Origin: Emiliania huxleyi CCMP1516
Taxonomy: Eukaryota
Direction: 5' to 3'
Length of the DNA: 64,000 nt
Assembly: GCF_000372725.1 (NCBI RefSeq)
Contig: NW_005201287.1
Coordinates: forward strand, 465,081-529,080
The position numbers were made by a program, and so were the translations under genes. Each line of letters opens with the position of its first letter. Within the stretch, counting starts at the first letter, position 1. This document shows, in pieces, positions 11,091 to 23,050 of the stretch. The notes below the pieces were generated by a model. It was not told the origin of the DNA. It saw nothing but the letters and a program-made list of their open reading frames with translations, and did no database searches.

Positions 11091-11978
11091 ATGTCGCGCT
11101 CGCCCCGCGCACGCACCGACGACGACGCCCCGCCCACGGACTGGCTGGGCGAGCTGCCGCCGGAGCTGCACCTTCGCATCCTCGAGGGCGTCGACGACTT
11201 CTCCGACTGCGCCGCCTTCAGCCTCGCGTCGCCGCGCCTCGGCCTCCTCGCCCTGCGCAGCGGCCTGGCGCGCTTCAAGGACCCTCTCTTCGCCGTGGCG
11301 ATGCGGCTGCTGCTCATCGAGCGCTTGCATGCCGGATCGTTCGTCGGGGCGCCCATCATGGACACGCTCAACGAGGCCACCCTTCGCGCCTACGCCGCCG
11401 ACCGCCGCGCCAGCGCCGACAATTTCCCGTGGCTTGCGAGGGTGAGCCCGGCACTCCGCCTCTCGTCGGAAGTGACGGGTGCTGGCGCGAGTCGCGCCGA
11501 GTACTGGAGACTGCGGCGCGGCGAAGAGAATGGCGCGATGCTGCGGCGGCGCCTCTTGCAGTCCGGCATGGTGCAGCACTACGAGGGCGAGCGAGGCCGG
11601 GAGCGGAAGGTGCGCTTGGTGATTCCCAGCGGCAAGGTGCAGCACTACGAGGGCGAGCGAGGCCGGGAGCGGAAGGTGCGCTTGGAGACTGCCGACGGCA
11701 CCGTGCAGTACTGCGAGGGCGAGCAAGGTGCGGAGCGGAAGGTGCGCCTGGAGTCCAACGGCTACGTGCAGCACTACGAGGGCGAGAAAGGTGCGGAGCG
11801 GATGGTGCGGTCGGAGCTCCCCGACGGCAGCGTGGCGTACTACGAGGGCGAGCGAGGCGAGGGCGAGCGAGGCGCGGAGCGGATGGTGCGCGCGGAGTTT
11901 CCCAGCGGCATCGTGAAGTACTACGAGGGCGAGAAAGGCGCGGAGCGGATGGTGCGCGTCGACGCCGCCTCGCTCTAG
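11091..11978 (+). CDS. F-box-like N-terminus plus about 6 copies of a ~23-aa beta-hairpin (MORN-like) repeat
   Basis: DWLGELPPELHLRIL; repeats of GxVQHYEGERGxERxVRxE. Confidence 0.7.
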   Translation: MSRSPRARTDDDAPPTDWLGELPPELHLRILEGVDDFSDCAAFSLASPRLGLLALRSGLARFKDPLFAVAMRLLLIERLHAGSFVGAPIMDTLNEATLRAYAADRRASADNFPWLARVSPALRLSSEVTGAGASRAEYWRLRRGEENGAMLRRRLLQSGMVQHYEGERGRERKVRLVIPSGKVQHYEGERGRERKVRLETADGTVQYCEGEQGAERKVRLESNGYVQHYEGEKGAERMVRSELPDGSVAYYEGERGEGERGAERMVRAEFPSGIVKYYEGEKGAERMVRVDAASL

Positions 11979-12275
11979 TTACGCAGAATCGCGCGACGGA
12001 TGAAGGCAAATCTCTCACTCACGCACACACACACACCGCACCGCACCCCGCCCCCGCACTCGCCCCCCTAGGTTGGAAGGAGATGAGGAAATGGAACAGC
12101 CCAAGGAAAGGAGCGGAACAAACACGTATTTTAGGGTAAAGTTGTGCGTCACGCTGCGCTTTTCAGTTATCACATTTCTGCAAGATTTTTTTCGCGCGCG
12201 AACTTGTATACGCGCGCTCTCGGGCTCTCGGGCACGGGGCGAAGGCCGCCGAGCTCCTTCGGCGTCGGTGCTCTC

Positions 12276-15200
12276 ATGCTCCTCGTGTTGCTCTCCGCCC
12301 CGGCCGGCGAGCTGTGTGGTGCGGAGACGCGGCGCATCAGCGCGCGCAACCTCCTACTCAGCCCGCACACGCCCTTCTCGCTCGAGGCGGCGCCGGGCTG
12401 CTTCAAGTGGTCTGCGGCCGACGTGTCCCTCGTGCAGGTCGTGCGGCTGGAGGAGGCGGCCGGCTGCCCGCACGGGTCGAGTCGGCGGGTGCAGCTCGTC
12501 ACCCGCGCCCTCGCGCCGGGCGGCTGCGAGGGCGGCCGCGGCAAGGGCCACTGCCGAACGATGGTGCTCGCGGTGCCGGTCGAGGGCGACGGGTCGGAGG
12601 CGCGGGGCTCGGCGTCGTGCTTCGGGGACGAGTCGCTGGGGTGCGAGGTGAACGTGGGGCTCATCTCCTCCCTCTCCATCTCGACCACCACACGCGAGAT
12701 GGTCGCGCAGGACGACGAGATGCAGTGGCTGCAGGCGCACGGGTACGACGTCGAGGGCAACGAGTTTTCCGAGTCCGCGATGCGGAGGCTCCACTTCCGC
12801 TGGCGGTGGGAGGGGCCGAGCGAGCTGTCGTTTGTGGACCTCGCCACCACCCGCCAGATCCTCGACTCCGACCTCGAGGCCCTCGCCTCGCGACCCGAGG
12901 CGGCCCGACTCCACTACCGCGTGCCGGTGCACGCAACCACCCCCAACCCGGCAGTGCAGACGTCCGCCACGCTGCTCAACGAGACGGCGGCCGCGAGGCA
13001 GCAGGTCAGCGGCCTCGTCTCGATCCGCATACGTCCGGCGCACGTCATGCTCTGGCCCGGCCGCCGCGTCGCCGTCCCGCCCGGCTCTTGCCTTCGGTAC
13101 CACCTCTGCAGCCACCAGGAGGGCGTCTGCCACACGCCGGAGAGCTTCGACCGGCGCGCGGCGCAGCTGCTGCCGAGAGGGTCGCCCGCGCCGTCCACGC
13201 GCTGGTCGATGATCGGCAACCCTGCGGTCGGATCGGTGGATGGAGGCGGCGTCTTCCACTCCCTTCTAGGAACCTTCTAGGAAGCGAGGAGTAACTTCTA
13301 GGAACTTTCTAGGCGGCGTCTTCCACGCGGCGGGGAAGGGCGAGGCGGACGTGGCGATGAGGCACGTCGCGATGCGTATCCACGCGGCCAAGGCGCCCCT
13401 GGTGGTTGCCGCGCCGCGCGAGCTCTCGCTCTCTGTGCCCGAGCCTGCCGAGGCTGCGGCGGCGCGCCGACTGCTCCGCCGCCCTCCCGCGGGCTGCCCT
13501 CGCCTCGAGGCGTCTCGAGGTCTCGAGGGGTCGGGCGGGGGAGCGGGGCCGGTTCTGGCGGAGGACGACCCGCGCACTGTCTACCTCGTCGCCGGCGAGG
13601 CTCGCAACGCGTCGCTCCACGTCTTTGCGCACGACCCGCTCGTCAGTGCGGACGGCGTCCCCGCGTCCGAGCGGCTCCTGCTCAACGGCTCGGCGCCGCT
13701 GCCGCTGCTGCCGCACTCCGCACAGACGTGCGGCCGCTCCGACAGGCACCTCGTTCCGACTCTCTCCCTCGGCGGCGGCTGCTCCGCCGCGGGCGAGCCT
13801 CTCCCGCCCGCTGCCGACGAGCTTGCCGCCGCGCCCCTCGCTGCAAGGGCGGCGCCAGGCAATGCGGTGGCTCTGGCGGCTGTCGACCTTGCGGGCGGCG
13901 GGGAGGCGTGCAGCAGCGCCTTCGACGGGTGCCTTGTGGGCGGCGCTCCGCCAGGCGAGGGCAGTAGTGGGAGGAGGAGGGGTGGCGGGAGTAGGCAACG
14001 CTGACACATCTCCTCGGGGCAGCACTGAGAAGAATGCCACGACACCATCAAGCACAACAGCGTTGGTACGGCGCCCCGGCACCCCCTCCCCTTCCCCCTT
14101 CCCCCTTCCCCGTCCGCCAGGCGCTCCCGCCATCCCAACCTGCCAGTGCGTCCGCTTGCGCGCCTCCTCTGTCGGACTCGCTTCGCTCGACGCGCGGCTC
14201 GGCGCGGCGCCCGACGGCTCGTGGGGCGAGCAGCGCGCGTGCGTCCCTCTCGTCGTGCTGCCTCCTCTCGCCGTGCAGGAGGCTACCCTCCGATCTCCCC
14301 GCACCTCCCCTCATATCTCCCCGCACCTCCCCACACCTCGCCGTGCAGGAGGCTACCCTCGTCTACCCCTGGCTCTGCGCTGCGCACGCCGAGGCGCATC
14401 CGCTGCCGCTGCCCTCCGTGTCCGGGGGGTGTGGACGCGCGAGCCCGCCATGCTGCGAATGGTGCATTCGGCCAACCCCGCCATCGGCGTGTCGTTAGGT
14501 CCGGCTGCGTCAGCTGGCGGGTCGAGCAGGCTGGACCTCAGAGCGCGGCGGCGGTGGCGAGCGATCGCTACCTCTCGGTGCGCGGTGCGGGCAGCGTCTC
14601 TTTGCGCGCGACCGACGTGCGAGCTCCGCAGGCGAGCGAACCCGAACCCGAACCCTAGCCCGAACCCTAGCCCGAACCCTACCCCTACCCCTAACCCTAA
14701 CCCTAACCCTAACCCTAACGCCGCAGGCTAGCGCCGCCGCACGCGTCGCCGCCGTCGAGGTCGCCTCGCTGCTCGCGATCTCGTCGGGCGAGCTGCCAGC
14801 CCTCGTCGGAGGAGGGGCGGGAGGCGAGGCGCGCGCCGCGGTGCTGGCGGAGGCGGCGGCGCCGGGCGCCGAGCTGGAGGCGGAGGCGGGCTCGGAGCTC
14901 GAGGTGGTCGTCCTCTTTGCTGGCCGCGACGGGTCGCCACTCGCCCTCTCCTCGTGCGCAGGCCTGACTCCTTCTTCTTCTTCTTAGTCTTGTCATTGCT
15001 CTAGTGGCAGTAGTAGTCTCATCATCGTCATTGGTATCATCATCTCGTGCGCAGGCCTGACCTCTTCTTATTCTTCGTTAGTATGACTAGTGTTCTCTCG
15101 TGCGCAGGCCTGACTGTCGAGTGGAGCCTCGAGCCGCTCCAGGCCCGGCGGAGGGAGGGGAGCGCTTTCGCGGCGAGCGGCGGAGGAGGGGCTGCCGGCG

Positions 15201-18200
15201 GGGAGCTGAGCGGCACCGCGGCTTGCCAGCCTCGCTGCGGCGGCGGAGGAGGAGGGGGAGGCGGAGGCGGAGGCGGAGGCGGAGGGGGAGGGGGAGGGGG
15301 AGGCGCGAGGGAGGGCGAGGGGCACCACTCTTGCGCGGTGGTCCGCGTGCGCGCGGTGGCGGCGGGCGCCGCCTCGCTCCGTCTGCGCGCCGGCACCCTC
15401 TGCTCGCAACAGGACGTCCTCCAGCGGTCGGTCGCTCTCTCGTCGCACGTTCCCCCGCCCGAGGCGGCGGTACGACTCTGCGCGCCGGCCGAGACGGCGC
15501 GCAAGGGCGACCCCTCCCTTCCGGCGGAGCACCTCGAGTTTTCGAACCTGCCATCCGCGCTGGTCCGCGCAGCTGAAGGGGGGGGGGGGGGGGGCTCCCT
15601 GCGGCTGTCTTCACGCCTCGTGGTGAGTGAGAGCAGGTCCGCGCCGCTGCGGGCGACGACTCCTCCCTCCGCCCCCGCATCGACGCGACGACGAGGCTGC
15701 TCGCGGTCGAGTTCGTGGGAGGGAGGCTGGAAGGGGGGCGGGTCGTGCCGGGGGCGCGGCCACACTCGCTCGTCGTCGCGCTGCGGTGCCAGCCCTCCGC
15801 ACGGGCGCAGCGGAGCTGCAACCGCTGCACCGCAGACTGTGAGTCGTCTCGCCGATGTGCAATCAGGTGCCACGCGCCGCACGAGCAGCGCGTGCGCGTG
15901 CACCACGCGCCATCCAACTTCTCCCTCTCCTTCTCCGTCGCCTGCTCGCCGCCTCTCCGCCCGGTGCAGCACGCGTGCGAGCACGACGCCGTCCGCGGCG
16001 CCGAGCAGCGGGGCCGCTGCCCCGTCCCCCTCTCCCTCGGCTCCAACGGCTCCTTCCGGCTGCGGGGCCTCTGGCCCGGCGCGGGCGTGGCGGCGGAGGA
16101 GCTGCCGCCCGAGGAAGCCCCCGCCGCAGCGCTGGCAGACCTCTCCACCGCCGACGTCTCGCCCCCGTGCGGCGGCGACGGCGCCTGCGAGGGTGAGTGG
16201 GAGGTCGCCGTCCGCGGCAGTAAGCTCGGCCCGGCGCGGGTCGCCTTCTCGGTCGCCGGCCACCCGTCGTGTGCGTCGCTGCCCGTGGCTGTCCGCGTCA
16301 GGCACGCGGGCTTCGTGGCCGCTTGCCCTTCCTCGCAGCTCGCACTCGGCGCCTCGATGCGGTGCCACGCGCTCCCCGCCGCCGTCGCCGAGAGCGGCGC
16401 CGCGACCGACCCGGCCGCCACCGCGCGCATGCTCGACGGCGCGACCTTCGAGTGGCGGACCGAGGGCGGGCTCGCGGTCGTCGAGCCCCCCGCCGCAGCC
16501 AGCGCCAGCCGCGAGGCGCCTCGGCTCGGAGAGGCGCAGGGCACTGCTGCGCGCGAGAGCGCCGCGTCGGTGGTGGTGACTGGCATCGCGACAGGCCGCG
16601 CCTCGCTCCGGCTGCGCGCCTCGTCCGCCCCCGACGAGTACACGGACTCGCTCGCCGTGCTCGTGCGCCCGCGGCTGCGGCTGGCGACGCCCCCGGAGCT
16701 GCAGGCGGCGCACGCGGACCCGCCCGTCGTGCCTCCGAATGCGACCGTCCAGCTCGAGGCTGAGCCGTCCGCCGACGCCGAGGCGCGCCGCTGGCATGAG
16801 ACCAGATCATCATGTCTCAGATGTCACACCGAGGCGCCTTAATGTATCAAGGCGCGCCGCTGGCTGCTCTGCGACAGCTACGACGCGGCGGGGGAGCCGG
16901 TCGTAGCGCACGGCGCCGCTAGCGTCGGCGGGTCGGTGCTGCGTGTCGGCGAGGCGGCTGGTTCCGTCTGCGTGCGCGCCGCGTCTGACGCGACGTCAGG
17001 AGAGCGCGAGATTGCCCGAGACTGCCCGAGACTGCCCGAGATTGCCCGAGATTGCCCGAGATTGCCCGAGATTGCCCGAGATTGCCCGAGACTGCCCGAG
17101 ACTGCCCGAGAGGCCCGGTCTGACGCGACGCGAGGAGAGTGCGGGGCGGACACACACTTTTGCGCCACTCTCGAAGGGACACACACACTCTCGAAGGGGG
17201 TGGTGACCCTCATCGCCGTGTGGCGCGAACAGGCGACCGGGCGGTAGACGCAGGGCCGACTCTGGAAGGGAGGCTGCTCGTCGAGGTCGCTCCAATCGCC
17301 CAGGTCCGCCTCCTCGCTCCGACGGCTCCGCCGCCGCTGACTAAAGAGGCGTACGCCGCCCTCCACGGCGACGTCACCACCGACACGGGCGCGACCGCGA
17401 TCGCCGCCGCAGCGGCGAGGGCGACGCGCGCACCCGCGACCGGCGGGCAGGAGGTTGGCGGCGCGCTGCAGCTGGTTGCCGGGGCGGAGACACTTGTGTG
17501 TGGCGCTGCTTTCGACGCGGTGGGGCGGCGGGGCTCTCCCCCCCCCTCCCCCCTTCCTAACAACGAGCTCAGGCTGCTTCCTTTCTCTCCTTCAGGTCGG
17601 GCGGCGGATGCTCCCCTCGTCTCTGCCGGAGGGGTGGCTTTCCCTTTCCGCTTGGCCTCCGGGGGGCGCGTCTGTGCGGAGGGCGAGGAGCCGCCCGGCC
17701 TCGCGAACGGCAGCCGGCGCAGTGCAACTCATGCGTCCGTCCCTTGCTCCTTAGGTCCATCAGCCCGGCCTCGCAGACGGCAGCTGCGCAATGGTGCGCG
17801 CCGACGAAAGGGCGCTCGCTCTCTCGGAGGACGGCACGCCAAGCTCGTACCTCTTCGCGTCGAGCCGCCTCGCCCGCCCCGCCGCCGCAACCTTCTCGCA
17901 CCTCGCCCGTGCGCCCGCGGGGCCGGCCGCTGCGCGAGGGCAGTCGCAGCGGCACGACCCGCCCGCGGCGGCGCGGGGCGTGCCTACGTCGCCGCCGCCG
18001 CCGCCGCCGCCGCCGCGGGACATGGACGCCGCCGCGGAGCGTGGCGTCGTCGGAGGAGGGAGGGGCGACTCCGACGGGTCACGGGGCTCCCACTTTTGGT
18101 GGTGGCTGCTCTACACGCTGGCGGTCGTCGCAACCACGGCGGCGGTGATGCCGGGTGCTGTTCTCCTACTAGACTTGTCTCATTCATGAACGGTTGGTCA

Positions 18201-18393
18201 ATAGGCGGCGGTCGTGCTGGGTGCGGTGTTCGCGGGGCAAGGGCCGCTCAGCGCCGAGGCGGTGGCCGCCCGCGCTGCGAGGCGCGAGGCGAGCCTGATC
18301 AACCCGCGCAAGGACCACCCCAGCGCGCAGTCCTTCGCCTCCGTCGGCGGGCCAGCGTCGCCGCGGCACCGCTCGCCGGGCTTTGGGGACTGA
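12276..18393 (+). CDS. NUP210: Nuclear pore membrane glycoprotein gp210-like, multi-exon
   Basis: Signal peptide; FSLEAAPGCFKWS and CEVNVGLISSLSISTTTREM...LQAHGYDVEGNEFS...FRW resemble the gp210 N-terminus; long beta-rich body; single C-terminal TM (WWWLLYTLAVVATTAAVVLGAVFAG) and short tail ending at TGA 18391-18393. Confidence 0.7.
14637..14719 (+). repeat. Intronic telomere-like repeat grading from (CCCGAA) to (CCCTAA)n
   Basis: Directly visible between a GC donor and an AG acceptor. Confidence 0.85.
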
Positions 18394-18674
18394 CACATAC
18401 GCCGCTTGTCGGCACGCCGAGGCCAAGAGCCGCCACTTGCGCCACACGACCAGAGAGCCCACAGGCGGCGGGGCGCGGGGGCTTGAGAGTGGATGTGGCG
18501 CGTCACTGAGGGTTTGGTGAGGGCTTTTTATTGAGCGCGTTTTGCTCCTAATTATGGAAGGATGCACCCAAGATGCAAGAACACTGCACACTGGTCACTG
18601 CACACTGGACATTCTCATTGCAGTGTGCAGACACAATCACCCCTTTTTTTCCCGTCACAGCGCTGCCTCCCGGG

Positions 18675-19088
18675 TCATTGTTCGCTAGTCGTCTTGGTCG
18701 GGTCGGCGATCGGGAACCCGCCGCCGACTATATCCGCAATCCGAGCAATCACAGTGTCGGCCTCGGCAGCCAACGGCGCTGGCTGCTCCAAGATTCGTTG
18801 GCGATCTATCCGATCGTACAGCTCATCGCGCGTCTCCCAGTCCGTTGGGTCGCAGCTCGCGAGTGCCGCCTTGAGACGCTTCATCGTGGGCGATCCTGCA
18901 TGCTCACCCGGGCCTTCTGCACTACCAGCTGCACCATCATTGTCGCCAGCGGCTGATGCTGAAGCCGCGATTCGGAAGGCTGCAGCGCTCCGCACAGGAG
19001 GGAAGGCACCCACGGCGACAGTGCGGAGCGCGCCGGCCGTGGCCGCGACATTGGCGACGAGGACGACGAGCGCGCGCCGGCACAGCAT
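18675..19088 (-). CDS. Small hypothetical protein with a signal/transit-like N-terminus
   Basis: MLCRRALVVLVANVAATAGAL..., then an acidic helical C-terminus. Confidence 0.35.
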   Translation of the reverse strand: MLCRRALVVLVANVAATAGALRTVAVGAFPPVRSAAAFRIAASASAAGDNDGAAGSAEGPGEHAGSPTMKRLKAALASCDPTDWETRDELYDRIDRQRILEQPAPLAAEADTVIARIADIVGGGFPIADPTKTTSEQ

Positions 19089-19192
19089 GTGCAATGTGGT
19101 TCTATGAGGGAGGAGACGCGTCGGCCGTCCCGACTGCAATCAAGCGCGAGATTTTGATCAAGAATTCAAGAAAAATTGTACCAATATAGAAG

Positions 19193-19494
<302 letters not shown>

Positions 19495-20249
19495 GGACAC
19501 CGCTCACGCCACTGGGCCTTGCGCTTGTAATGCCGTGTGGCTCCTGTCGTCTAGACGTGGAGTCGCGAGGGACTAGCCTGGCCCTTGCCCCACCACCTCG
19601 TGTGTGTGGAGAGCACCCCTGGAGCACTGGAGAGGTTTACCTTACCTCACCTCACCGTAGGTGACGCCGCACCTGCTGAGTGACGTGGAGGAGTCAACCT
19701 CCTCGACCGCGGACCGCCGGCTCCGAGCCGGCGGAGGGCGGCAGCGGGCGGCGGAGGCGCAAAAGCCGTCTCGAGGCCTCGACAACGAGATGGTCTGAGG
19801 CCGGCCGCCCTGAACGCTGCCCGAACCCTTCATTTGACAGCCACGCCCCCGCGTCCGCTTTCGTGGCGAGGACGGGGCCTTATTGCTGGCCAGCCTGAAA
19901 ACTGCGCTCCGCGCGCGCACCGCAGGCGTCCACGCCTCGAGCGACGCCGCTTGATCTCTTTTCTGTTGTTGTGTGAGTGTCGTCAGTTTTGCGTCACAAA
20001 CGTGGCGAGTATCGAGTATGTCGTGCGTGTCGAGACGCATCACAGCCAGCGGCAGTTTTGCAAAATCTACGCGGGCTTAGTGAAGCGTTGCACGGACGCA
20101 TACAGATCAGTAACGCCAAGCCGTCGCGTGTAGAGTACGATTACGCCCGCGCACCTCGAGTTAACTGAGTGAGAACTGGGTGTGAGATGTATAGGCGTGG
20201 AACTTGGAGTTGGCGGCGGGCGCGCTGCACAGAGCCCCCGAACTTCTCA

Positions 20250-21680
20250 CTACGCCCACACCTCGACGCTCTTGGGCAGCAGCTGGTTCGACTGGTCCTC
20301 TCCGTGGCCTAGGCAGCCGGTCTCACCCTCGCCCCAAGCAAAGATGGAACCGTCGGCGGTTATGGCAAGGCTGTGCGCGACTCCAGCCGCCACAGCGTTG
20401 ACGCGCTGGTCAGCAAAAGCCGCGACCTTCTTCGGCTGCAGCTGGTTGTGGCCGTCGCCGTGGCCCAACTGGCCATAGCGTCCAAAGCCCCAGCTCCAGA
20501 CGGCGCCGTCGGCGGTGAGGGCGAGGCTGTGAAGACCTCCAGCCGACACGGCGATGACGCGCCGCCCAGCGAAGGCCTCGACCTTCTTCGGCAGCAGCTG
20601 GCCCTGCGTGTCGCCGTGGCCCAGCTGGCCGTGGCCTCCCAAGCCCCAGCTCCAGACAGAGCCGTCGGCGGTGAGGGCGAGGTTGTGCATGTTTCCAGCC
20701 GACACAGCGACGACGCGCCGACCAGCAACGGCCTCGATCTTCTTCGGCAGCAGCTGGTCCTGCTGGTCGCCGTGGCCCAGCTTGCCAAAGATTCCATTGC
20801 CCCAGCTCCAGACGGCGCCGTCAGCGGTGAGGGCGAGGCTGTGGCTGCTTCCCGTCGAAACAGCGACGACGCGCTGGCCAGCCATGGCCTCGATCTTCAT
20901 GGGCAGCAGCTGATCCTGCTGGTCGCCGCGGCCCGGCTGCCTGCCTGAGTAGCGATTGCCCCAGCTCCAGACGGCGCCGTCCGCGGCGACGGCCAGGCTG
21001 AAACCATCTCCAGTCGACACAGCAACCACGCGCTGGCCCGCCAAGGCCTCGACCTTCTTCGGCTGCAGCTGGTGCTGCTCGTTGCCGTGGCCCAACTTGC
21101 CGGAGCCTCCATCGCCCCAGCTCCAGACAGTGCCGTCAGCGGCGAGGGCGAGGCTGTGGCTGTCTCCAGCCGACACGCTCACGGCGCGCTCGCCGCCCAG
21201 CGTCGAGGGGAGGCGGGTTGGCGTGTTGAGCCGCGTCACGCCCCCGCCGTGGCCCAGGAGCCCTGGAACCTCCACTTCCTCCTCATCGTCCTCGTCGTCC
21301 TCGTCCTCCTCGGGGTCTTCACTCTCCGCCTCACTGCCGCACGACGAGAGCCGCCCCTCGCCGTCGATAAAGAGGCTGCGCCGACTGCCTGCGGCCGCCC
21401 TCGCCGGCGGGTTGGACTCGCGCAGCAACGCAGCGGAGCACAGCCACCGCACGGCGCAGCTCTCGTCCTCTGGCTGCGCCGGCAGCTCGAAGCCGCGCTC
21501 TTGCGCCCGCAAGCGGATGCCCTCCCTCGCGAGCGAGGCGTGGAAGAGGAGGGAGACGGCCGCGACGCGAGCGATGTCGACGGCCTCGCAGCGAGAGACG
21601 ACGCGCACGAGGAGGTCCGTGGGGAGGTCGAGGAGGCGGGTGGGCGGCGGTTCTTCCGGCGAGGGAGCGGCGACCGACAT
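20250..21680 (-). CDS. F-box-like + RCC1-repeat protein (UVR8/HERC-type beta-propeller)
   Basis: LLDLPTDLLVRVV; repeats of VSAGxxHSLALTADGxVWSWGxGxxGxLGHGD. Confidence 0.9.
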   Translation of the reverse strand: MSVAAPSPEEPPPTRLLDLPTDLLVRVVSRCEAVDIARVAAVSLLFHASLAREGIRLRAQERGFELPAQPEDESCAVRWLCSAALLRESNPPARAAAGSRRSLFIDGEGRLSSCGSEAESEDPEEDEDDEDDEEEVEVPGLLGHGGGVTRLNTPTRLPSTLGGERAVSVSAGDSHSLALAADGTVWSWGDGGSGKLGHGNEQHQLQPKKVEALAGQRVVAVSTGDGFSLAVAADGAVWSWGNRYSGRQPGRGDQQDQLLPMKIEAMAGQRVVAVSTGSSHSLALTADGAVWSWGNGIFGKLGHGDQQDQLLPKKIEAVAGRRVVAVSAGNMHNLALTADGSVWSWGLGGHGQLGHGDTQGQLLPKKVEAFAGRRVIAVSAGGLHSLALTADGAVWSWGFGRYGQLGHGDGHNQLQPKKVAAFADQRVNAVAAGVAHSLAITADGSIFAWGEGETGCLGHGEDQSNQLLPKSVEVWA

Positions 21681-23050
21681 ACATGTGCAAGCGCGGAGAA
21701 AATTCTTTTTACATCTCGCACCCGGAAGCGGAATGTTCGCTGCCGTGCTGCTTCACTGCACTCTGCTGCGCGCCTCGCGTATCGGCGCAAGCGCCACCGC
21801 CCCGCGCGGCCGCCGCCGCCGACGACGACTCCTTTGCCTCCCAAGAGCTGGCGCGCACGTGGGAGAGGACCGGCAAAGGGAAGCGATGCTGGCAGCCGGG
21901 TGATGCGACGGGGGACACCAGGGACGACGCGCGGCTCCTCTTCACCTCTTGGAGACTGACGCCCCTGCGGCTGCGCACGCGGCCAGGCTGCCTCGACTGC
22001 GTCCGCTGCCAGTTGGTGCTCTCGCACATCGGGCTACCCTTTCGGTGCGAGTCGGCATCTCAGACAACGCGGGCATCGCGGGCGTCGAGGAGATTTGTGA
22101 GTTTGCGGAGGCCATGGCGGCGACGATGCGGGACGTGACGCCGCTGGCGCCGCCCTCGGGCCGCGCGGAGGTGTTGGAGTGGCTGGAGGAGGCGAGGGCG
22201 GCGGCACTGGGCGGCGACGACGACCTGACGGGCTTGCTCGATCGCCTCGCCGGGCTGCTGGGCGGCGGTGGCGACGGCAGCGAGTCGAAGGTGCAGTTTG
22301 GGGCGAGGGCCGCGCAGCGGGCGCGGCTCGCCGCAGCCTATGCGAGCCTCTCCAACGGCGGCTTCGGGCTGGAGGATGCCGCCGCCCTAGCCGCACTGAG
22401 TGCTCTCGCGAGCAGGGCCGGGGGCAACAAATCAACTCTCTCTCACAGCAGACAGGCTCGACACAGGGTGCGGACTGGCGCACGTGCGCTAGCACTATCA
22501 CAGGCAAACCAAGAAAAAGAATGCCATAAAAAATTGCACAGCGCCTTCGCGCTTCGGTGTCTTCAGAGAGATAGGAAGAGGCAGTTTTCTGGCGCGGAAA
22601 AGAAACGAAGAGAAAACATACGGATTCATACGGACACAGCCTAATCGACGGCCCATAACGAGGGGCCGCGTCGCCCCTCGTGCTGTGCGCCTTTTGTGTG
22701 GTGCCAGTCCGTGCGCGTGCCACAGCCAGTCTGCTGTGAGAGGGGCGAGGCGGTGCCCGGTGCCGAGCGCAGGCGGAGCCCACAGTCTGTTTTCTCGTTT
22801 TTCGTCGTTCATGTTGTTGTTTTCTGTTAAATTCTTTTTCATGTACGCCGCGGGGTGCGCACCTGCGCACCGCCCGCGCCGAGGACGAGGAGCCTGAGCC
22901 AGAACGAGAATTGGAAGGGGAGGAGAGGCCGGAGCGGCGGAGGAGTTTGTCGGCCTCTTCGACGGCTCATAAGGGGTTGTTGTGCCTTTTGTTGTGCCAG
23001 ACTGCCAGTCCACAGTACGCGAGCTGGTCCCTCCCCAAGCGCCGCTTTCT

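Noticed and set aside
14690..14719. True telomere
   Set aside because: Short, degenerate and internal to an intron
21949..22644. 231-aa ORF
   Set aside because: Only 22114-22420 looks coding; no recognisable domain, so not called
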